From an uncultured delta proteobacterium (lineage in GTDB: Bacteria > Desulfobacterota > Binatia > UBA9968), in contig CAVXEP010000032.1 of NCBI GenBank assembly GCA_963760795.1, positions 64,001 to 128,000 of the forward strand: DNA of 64,000 bases. The letters are read 5' to 3'. Made by a program: the position numbers and the translations under genes. Positions within the stretch are counted from its first letter, which is position 1. Every line of letters starts with the position of its first letter. This document shows positions 58,901 to 64,000 of the stretch, piece by piece. The notes under the pieces were generated by a model, which saw only the letters and a list, made by a program, of their open reading frames with translations, did not search any database and was not told the origin of the DNA.

Positions 58901-61079
58901 AAAGGTCCAGGCTTACTTTCCAACCGCGGATATCGATCTCATCCGCAAAGCCCACGATTTCTCGGCCAAAGTCCACACCGGTCAAAAACGTTTGTCCGGC
59001 GAGCCTTATCTGATTCACCCCATAGCGGTTGCCGATATCATCGCCGATTTGAAGCTCGACGTGCCGAGCATCGTCGGAGCTTTGCTCCACGACACGGTCG
59101 AAGACACTCTGACGACATTGGATGAGATCAAGAGTTTGTTCGGCCGTGAGGTCGCCGAGCTGGTCGACGGCGTCACCAAGTTGAGCCGCACCAATTATAC
59201 CAGCCATGAGGAGAAGCAGGCGGAAAATTTTCGCAAGATGATTCTCGCCATGGGCAAGGATGTGCGGGTGATTCTCATCAAGCTCGCCGACCGGGTGCAC
59301 AACATGCGCACGCTCGATCATATGCCGGCCGACAAACAAATTCTCACGGCGCAGGAGACCATGGATATTTACGCGCCGCTGTCGCACCGCTTGGGCATCG
59401 CCTGGGTTAAAAGTGAGCTGGAAGACCTGGCGCTCAAGTATCTCCACCCGGAAGTTTACTATCAGCTCAAACGTAACGTCGCCAAGAAAAAAACCGACCG
59501 GGAAAAGTATATCGAAGAAGTGATCTCGATCATCGGCAAGAAGCTGGAAGCCGAAGGGATCGACGCTGAAGTGACCGGACGGCCCAAGCATTTTTACAGC
59601 ATCTATCAAAAGATGGAGAGCCAGAATCTGCTTTACGATCAGATTTACGATCTGGTCGCTTTTCGTATTTTGGTCGACACGCCGCGGGAATGTTATGAAA
59701 CCTTGGGCGTGGTCCATGCGCAGTGGAAACCGGTGCCGACGCGCTTCAAAGATTACATCGCTCTACCCAAGCCCAACATGTATCAGTCGCTCCACACCAC
59801 GGTGATCGGTCCCTACGGTGAGCGCATCGAGATCCAGATCCGCTCCCATGAGATGCACCGGGTCGCCGAGGAAGGCATCGCGGCGCATTGGCGCTACAAG
59901 GAAGGCGAGGCGTTCCAGGTGAGCGATATCCAGCGCTTCTCCTGGCTGCGCCAATTGCTCGAGTGGCAGGAGAACCTGCAGGACCCGCAGGAATTTCTCC
60001 ATAGTCTCAAAGAAGATCTCTTTGCTGCCGGCATGTATGTGTTCACGCCCAAGGGCGATCTATTACACTTTCTGCGCGGCTCCACCGTAGTCGATTTTGC
60101 CTACCGGATTCACACAGAGGTCGGCAACCGCTGTTCCGGTGCCCGCGTCAACGGCCAACTGGTATCGCTGAAATATATACTCCGCAGCGGCGACACGGTG
60201 GAAATCATCACCACACCGCAGCAAGTGCCGAGCCGCGATTGGCTCAAGTGGGTGAAGACGCCGCGGGCGAAATCGAAAATCCGTAATTGGCTCAAGACCC
60301 AGCAGTACGAACGCAGCGTGGTGCTGGGACGTGAGATCTTCGATAGCGACCTGCATCGCTATCGGTTGGACTACGCGCAGCTCAAACGGGAAGGCAAGAT
60401 CGACTGGTTGAGCCATGAGCTCGGCTTGAAGGATGAAGAAGCGTTGCTATCGTCCATCGGATATGGCCGGATCACCACGCGCCACGCCATCGTCAAACTG
60501 GTGCCGCCTGATAAACTGGACAGCGGCAGCAAAAAGGCCGGCGGCGCGCTGGAGTCGTTGTTCAAGCTCGTATCCAAGCAAAAGCGTAGCCTGGGGATTC
60601 GCGTCAAAGGCGTCGACGACGTACTGGTGCGATTCGCGCTTTGTTGTCATCCGTTGCCCGGCGAACATATCGTCGGATTTATTACCCGTGGGCGGGGTGT
60701 GACGATCCATACCGTCGGTTGCACGACTGTGTTGGAAAGCGATCCTCATCGCAAGATCGAAGTCGCCTGGGAGGAAAGCGGACAGCCGCCGCGGCCAGTC
60801 AAGATCGAAGTGACCTGCGTCGATCAACCCGGCTTGCTGGCGGCGATCAGTACGGCAATCACCAGCGCCGATGCCAATATCGCCCGCGCCCAGGTCAGGA
60901 CATTCACTAGCCAGCGGGCGGTCAACACCTTCGAGGTGATGATCAAGAGTTCGGAACACTTGAAGGAAGTGCTCCTGAATATTTCAAAAGTAAAAGGTGT
61001 TTACAAAGCGGTGCGCGGGCGTGGCCGGGCCGGCAGTGATATCGAGTCCGATGGCACGGTCAAGGAGGAGTTGCACTGA
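58866..61079 (+). CDS. Bifunctional (p)ppGpp synthetase/hydrolase (Rel/SpoT)
   Basis: Intact HD 'LLHDTVED', synthetase 'RFKDY..PKPNMYQSLHT', TGS, zinc-finger 'CC.P.PG' and ACT domains. Confidence 0.95.
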   Translation: MSKEIKLHDLVEKVQAYFPTADIDLIRKAHDFSAKVHTGQKRLSGEPYLIHPIAVADIIADLKLDVPSIVGALLHDTVEDTLTTLDEIKSLFGREVAELVDGVTKLSRTNYTSHEEKQAENFRKMILAMGKDVRVILIKLADRVHNMRTLDHMPADKQILTAQETMDIYAPLSHRLGIAWVKSELEDLALKYLHPEVYYQLKRNVAKKKTDREKYIEEVISIIGKKLEAEGIDAEVTGRPKHFYSIYQKMESQNLLYDQIYDLVAFRILVDTPRECYETLGVVHAQWKPVPTRFKDYIALPKPNMYQSLHTTVIGPYGERIEIQIRSHEMHRVAEEGIAAHWRYKEGEAFQVSDIQRFSWLRQLLEWQENLQDPQEFLHSLKEDLFAAGMYVFTPKGDLLHFLRGSTVVDFAYRIHTEVGNRCSGARVNGQLVSLKYILRSGDTVEIITTPQQVPSRDWLKWVKTPRAKSKIRNWLKTQQYERSVVLGREIFDSDLHRYRLDYAQLKREGKIDWLSHELGLKDEEALLSSIGYGRITTRHAIVKLVPPDKLDSGSKKAGGALESLFKLVSKQKRSLGIRVKGVDDVLVRFALCCHPLPGEHIVGFITRGRGVTIHTVGCTTVLESDPHRKIEVAWEESGQPPRPVKIEVTCVDQPGLLAAISTAITSADANIARAQVRTFTSQRAVNTFEVMIKSSEHLKEVLLNISKVKGVYKAVRGRGRAGSDIESDGTVKEELH

Positions 61080-61089
61080 AGACGAGTCG

Positions 61090-61281
61090 CTAGGCGACCT
61101 TCTGGACGCGGCCCGAATGGATGCAATCGGTGCATACCAGCAAGCGTTTGACTTGGTCGCCGAACTTACCCCGAACGGTTTTTAGGTTCGCCCCCCACGA
61201 GCGTTTGGTCTTGTTGTTGGCGTGACTGACGTTCATTCCGACCGAGCGGCCTTTGCCGCAAATTTTACAAATTCTAGCCAT
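61090..61281 (-). CDS. rpmB: 50S ribosomal protein L28
   Basis: '[10 protein letters not shown]....[16 protein letters not shown]...VCTDC'. Confidence 0.95.
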   Translation of the reverse strand: MARICKICGKGRSVGMNVSHANNKTKRSWGANLKTVRGKFGDQVKRLLVCTDCIHSGRVQKVA

Positions 61282-61753
61282 CTAAATTTCTTATCCTTTC
61301 AATTATCTCGGTTGTCGAAAATCCTTTTAAGTACGGTATCAGCGCGACGCGGCCGCCGGCCGCTTCGACGATATCGGCACCGATAATTTTATCGCTGCTC
61401 CAATCGCCGCCTTTGGCCAAAACTTGCGGCTTGATCGCCGCGATCAGCTGGTACGGATCTGGGTCGTCAAAAAGGATGACGTAGTCTACCATCTCCATGG
61501 CGGCGATCAACTCCACACGGTCGGTTTCCGGTAAAATCGGTCGTTGCGCCGACTTGATTGATTTAACCGATCGATCACTGTTGAGCGCGACGATGAGCAA
61601 ATCGCCGGCGGCTTTGGCTTGGCGCAGGGTGTGCACATGGCCGCGGTGCAGCAGATCGAAGCAGCCGTTGGTGAAAACCACCGTTTGACCTTTGGCGCGC
61701 GCCGCCGCCGCGATCGCCGCCAATTCGCCCAAGCTTTTTAATTTTTCCGGCAC
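61274..61753 (-). CDS. rfaE2: D-glycero-beta-D-manno-heptose 1-phosphate adenylyltransferase
   Basis: '[14 protein letters not shown]', 'LNSD.SV', 'KGGDW', 'STTEII'. Confidence 0.93.
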   Translation of the reverse strand: MPEKLKSLGELAAIAAAARAKGQTVVFTNGCFDLLHRGHVHTLRQAKAAGDLLIVALNSDRSVKSIKSAQRPILPETDRVELIAAMEMVDYVILFDDPDPYQLIAAIKPQVLAKGGDWSSDKIIGADIVEAAGGRVALIPYLKGFSTTEIIERIRNLDG

Positions 61754-61911
61754 AGTCTTGGGGTAACATGATAAGTCATTGTTTTCAATTAAATTTCGCC
61801 GCGGCAGTGGACAGCGGCGTCTTGAATCGACGGGGGAATTTAGCTAAGGTCGTCGCAAGTTGGCTTCGGCCAAGTTAATGCTTCGGTGTCGAATTTAATT
61901 AGGAGGAAATA

Positions 61912-63348
61912 ATGGAATATCAGGATCTGCGAGACTGGATTCAGATCGCCGATGAAATGGGTGAACTCAAGACCCTCAAGGGTTGCGATTGGAATCTAGA
62001 AATCGGCGCGATTACTGAAATCGTCGCGCATAAAGAAGATGGACCTGCTGTCCTGTTCGAAGACATCATAGGCTATCCCAAGGGTTATCGGGTGCTATCC
62101 AATTCGTTGTCGTCGCGCAAACGTCTCGCCCTGACCCTAGGCCTGCCGGCCGGCGATACCAAGATGGATTTCGTCAAGATCTGGAAAGAGAACTACAAGA
62201 AGGTCAAACCGATCCCGCCCAAATTCGTCAAGAAGAGCGGGCTGTTCGACAATGTCTATCGCGACGGCGAGATCGACATGTTCAAGTTCCCGACGCCCAA
62301 GTGGCATGACAAAGACGGCGGCCGCTACATCGGCACCGGCAGCGTTGATATCACCCGCGATCCGGACGAGGGATGGGTCAACTACGGCACCTACCGCGTC
62401 ATGATTCATGACAAGGACAAGGTCGGATTTTACATTTCTCCCGGCAAGCATGGGCGCATTCAACGGGAAAAATATCAGGCCAGCGGCGCGCCCTTCAAAA
62501 TCGCGATGTCCTTCGGCCATGACCCGTTGACCTTCTTGGCCGGTAGCATCGAAGTGCCCTACGGCGTGCCGGAATACGAATTTATCGGCGGCATCCGCGG
62601 CGAACCTTTTGAAATGATCGAAGGCGAGTACTCCGGCTTGCCGATCCCAGCCAACTCCGAAATCGTCATCGAGGGCGACGTGCATTTCGACCAACCGAAG
62701 GTCGAAGGTCCCTTCGGCGAGTGGACCGGTTATTATGCCAGCGCCGAACGCGCCGAGCCCTGGGTCGAAGTGAAACGTTTGTATCATCGCAACGATCCGA
62801 TCATTCTCGGCTCCCCTCCGGGCCGTCCGCCCGCGGAATTGGGTTGGTACCGTTCCTATCTCCGTTCCGCATTGATCTGGGATGAGATGGAAAAAGCCGG
62901 CGTCCCTGACGTTAAAGGCGTATGGCTGACGGTCTCCGGCGGCAGCCGCTTGATGATGTGTGTATCGATCAAGCAGCGCTACCCTGGGCATGCCAAGCAG
63001 GCCGCAGTGATCGCCTCGCAATGTCACGCCGGTGCTTATCTCGGCCGTTTCGTGATCGTCGTCGACGATGACATCGATCCATCGAATACCGACGACATGA
63101 TCTGGGCGATGTCGAGCCGGTGCGAACCCGAGGCGGATATCGACATCCTGCGCCGTTGCTGGAGCGGACCGCTCGATCCGGTTATTCATCCGACCAAAAA
63201 GGGTTTCAACTCGCGGGCGATCATCGACGCCACCCGGCCCTATGAGTGGATTAAGGACTTTCCACCGGTCGCCGAGTCGCCCCGGGAAGTGCTCGACGCC
63301 ACCGCGAAAAAGTGGGGCGCCGAACTGTTCGGTAACGGCAAGAAGTAA
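61912..63348 (+). CDS. UbiD family (prenyl-FMN-dependent) decarboxylase
   Basis: 'DLRDWI', 'DGGRYIGT', 'GTYR', 'EGPFGEWTGYY', 'VVDDDID'; strong RBS AGGAGG. Confidence 0.92.
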   Translation: MEYQDLRDWIQIADEMGELKTLKGCDWNLEIGAITEIVAHKEDGPAVLFEDIIGYPKGYRVLSNSLSSRKRLALTLGLPAGDTKMDFVKIWKENYKKVKPIPPKFVKKSGLFDNVYRDGEIDMFKFPTPKWHDKDGGRYIGTGSVDITRDPDEGWVNYGTYRVMIHDKDKVGFYISPGKHGRIQREKYQASGAPFKIAMSFGHDPLTFLAGSIEVPYGVPEYEFIGGIRGEPFEMIEGEYSGLPIPANSEIVIEGDVHFDQPKVEGPFGEWTGYYASAERAEPWVEVKRLYHRNDPIILGSPPGRPPAELGWYRSYLRSALIWDEMEKAGVPDVKGVWLTVSGGSRLMMCVSIKQRYPGHAKQAAVIASQCHAGAYLGRFVIVVDDDIDPSNTDDMIWAMSSRCEPEADIDILRRCWSGPLDPVIHPTKKGFNSRAIIDATRPYEWIKDFPPVAESPREVLDATAKKWGAELFGNGKK

Positions 63349-63367
63349 AATAAGTTTCTTTACCGTG

Positions 63368-63407
63368 AAAAGGGCAAGCGGCTAAATGCCGGCTTGCCCT
63401 TTTTTTT
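63368..63407 (+). terminator. Rho-independent terminator (possibly bidirectional)
   Basis: AAAAGGGCAAGC..GCTTGCCC followed by T-run, 20 bp after the ubiD stop. Confidence 0.85.
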
Positions 63408-63745
63408 GCTGCAATTCTATCACTGACGCTGATTTCCGGCGCAGGTGATTGCATTTTACGTAGTGAGTGGAAAACGTGAAGATTCAAAATGTGGGCAGTG
63501 GCTAGCCCGGAGTATTCGCGGCAAAACTACGATCGAGGTGCAACCCTTCCGGAACGAAGGCAAGGCAGTTGTGCCTTGAAGATGCCAGCGGGGCGAGTTG
63601 CTTAACAGATCAGCAGCGAAAAGGTCAAACATCGTGCCGAGCGCCGAACCCAAAACGAAACATTCGCGCCGCTGCCTTCGTTCTTCCAGGGTCAGACCGC
63701 GATCGACAGTATCAAAATTTCCCATCGTAGCACGAATAATCCGGG

Positions 63746-64000
63746 CTAGGATGGCAACTCGATCACCACGGTGACCGGCTTGCCTTTTCTTATGACTTCG
63801 AGCTTGATCCGGGCGGGTGTCTGGAGCGATTGGATCATCGACTCAAGCTCGCCCGCTGAGCGCACCGGCTTGTCGTCGGCTTTGGTAATGATATCTCCGC
63901 GCTCGATACCCGCCTTAGCGGCAATGCTGCCGGGCGCCACTGTGGCGACCAGAACGCCATGCTGCTGCTGGCTTTCAAGCAGTTGAGCTAATTCAGCGGT
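63746..64000 (-). CDS. PDZ-domain protein C-terminus (HtrA/DegP-like PDZ), truncated by window
   Basis: 'GVLVATVAPGSIAAKAGIERGDII...V.S..EL...LEVIRKGK'; frame open to window end. Confidence 0.75.
   Translation of the reverse strand, partial: TAELAQLLESQQQHGVLVATVAPGSIAAKAGIERGDIITKADDKPVRSAGELESMIQSLQTPARIKLEVIRKGKPVTVVIELPS

Noticed and set aside
63456-63725. 89-aa minus-strand ORF after the PDZ gene
   Set aside because: No recognisable motif or convincing RBS; cannot be supported without homology search

Overview
A 64-kb window of a GC-rich Gram-negative bacterial chromosome. The gene content (NMT1/THI5-type ABC transporters, Amidohydro_2 enzymes, UbiD, lpxI-type lipid A cluster, bifunctional Rel) suggests a deltaproteobacteria-like lineage such as Candidatus Binatia; this is inference. 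Layout: (1) ~0.4-5.4 kb, a more AT-rich decayed accessory island with an AlbA_2/Schlafen-domain gene, a frameshifted hypothetical gene, a small tandem-repeat peptide ORF, an attC-like site, and a degenerate 3' tRNA-Ala(GGC) fragment with integrase arm-like repeats. (2) 5.6-14.9 kb, amidohydrolases, an SMP-30-family lipoprotein, an ABC transporter, oligopeptidase B and def, with several REP-like palindromes. (3) 15-20.7 kb, Rrf2 regulator + sufC-sufD-sufS-sufU-two SufT/DUF59 genes + truncated hemoglobin, with no sufB. (4) 20.8-61 kb, an almost entirely co-oriented envelope super-cluster: metF, lysS, lolE/C, lolD, bamA, skp, lpxD, fabZ, lpxA, lpxI, gnnA-like, lpxB, msbA, waaA, lpxK, gmhB, LPS core glycosyltransferases, three Kdo/WaaP-family kinases, four methyltransferases, a sulfotransferase, rfaE1, yicC, gmk, rel. 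(5) rpmB, rfaE2, a UbiD-family gene and a partial PDZ gene. The most striking unexplained signal is a ~240-250 nt non-coding element present twice, in the same orientation, inside the LPS operon (30533-30783 and 41694-41933). It has terminal inverted repeats, a CTAG duplication around one copy, and a conserved nested fold with compensatory substitutions, so it is a candidate structured MITE or ncRNA family. Several +1 frameshifts in LPS genes are probably sequencing errors. All calls are by eye; no searches were run.
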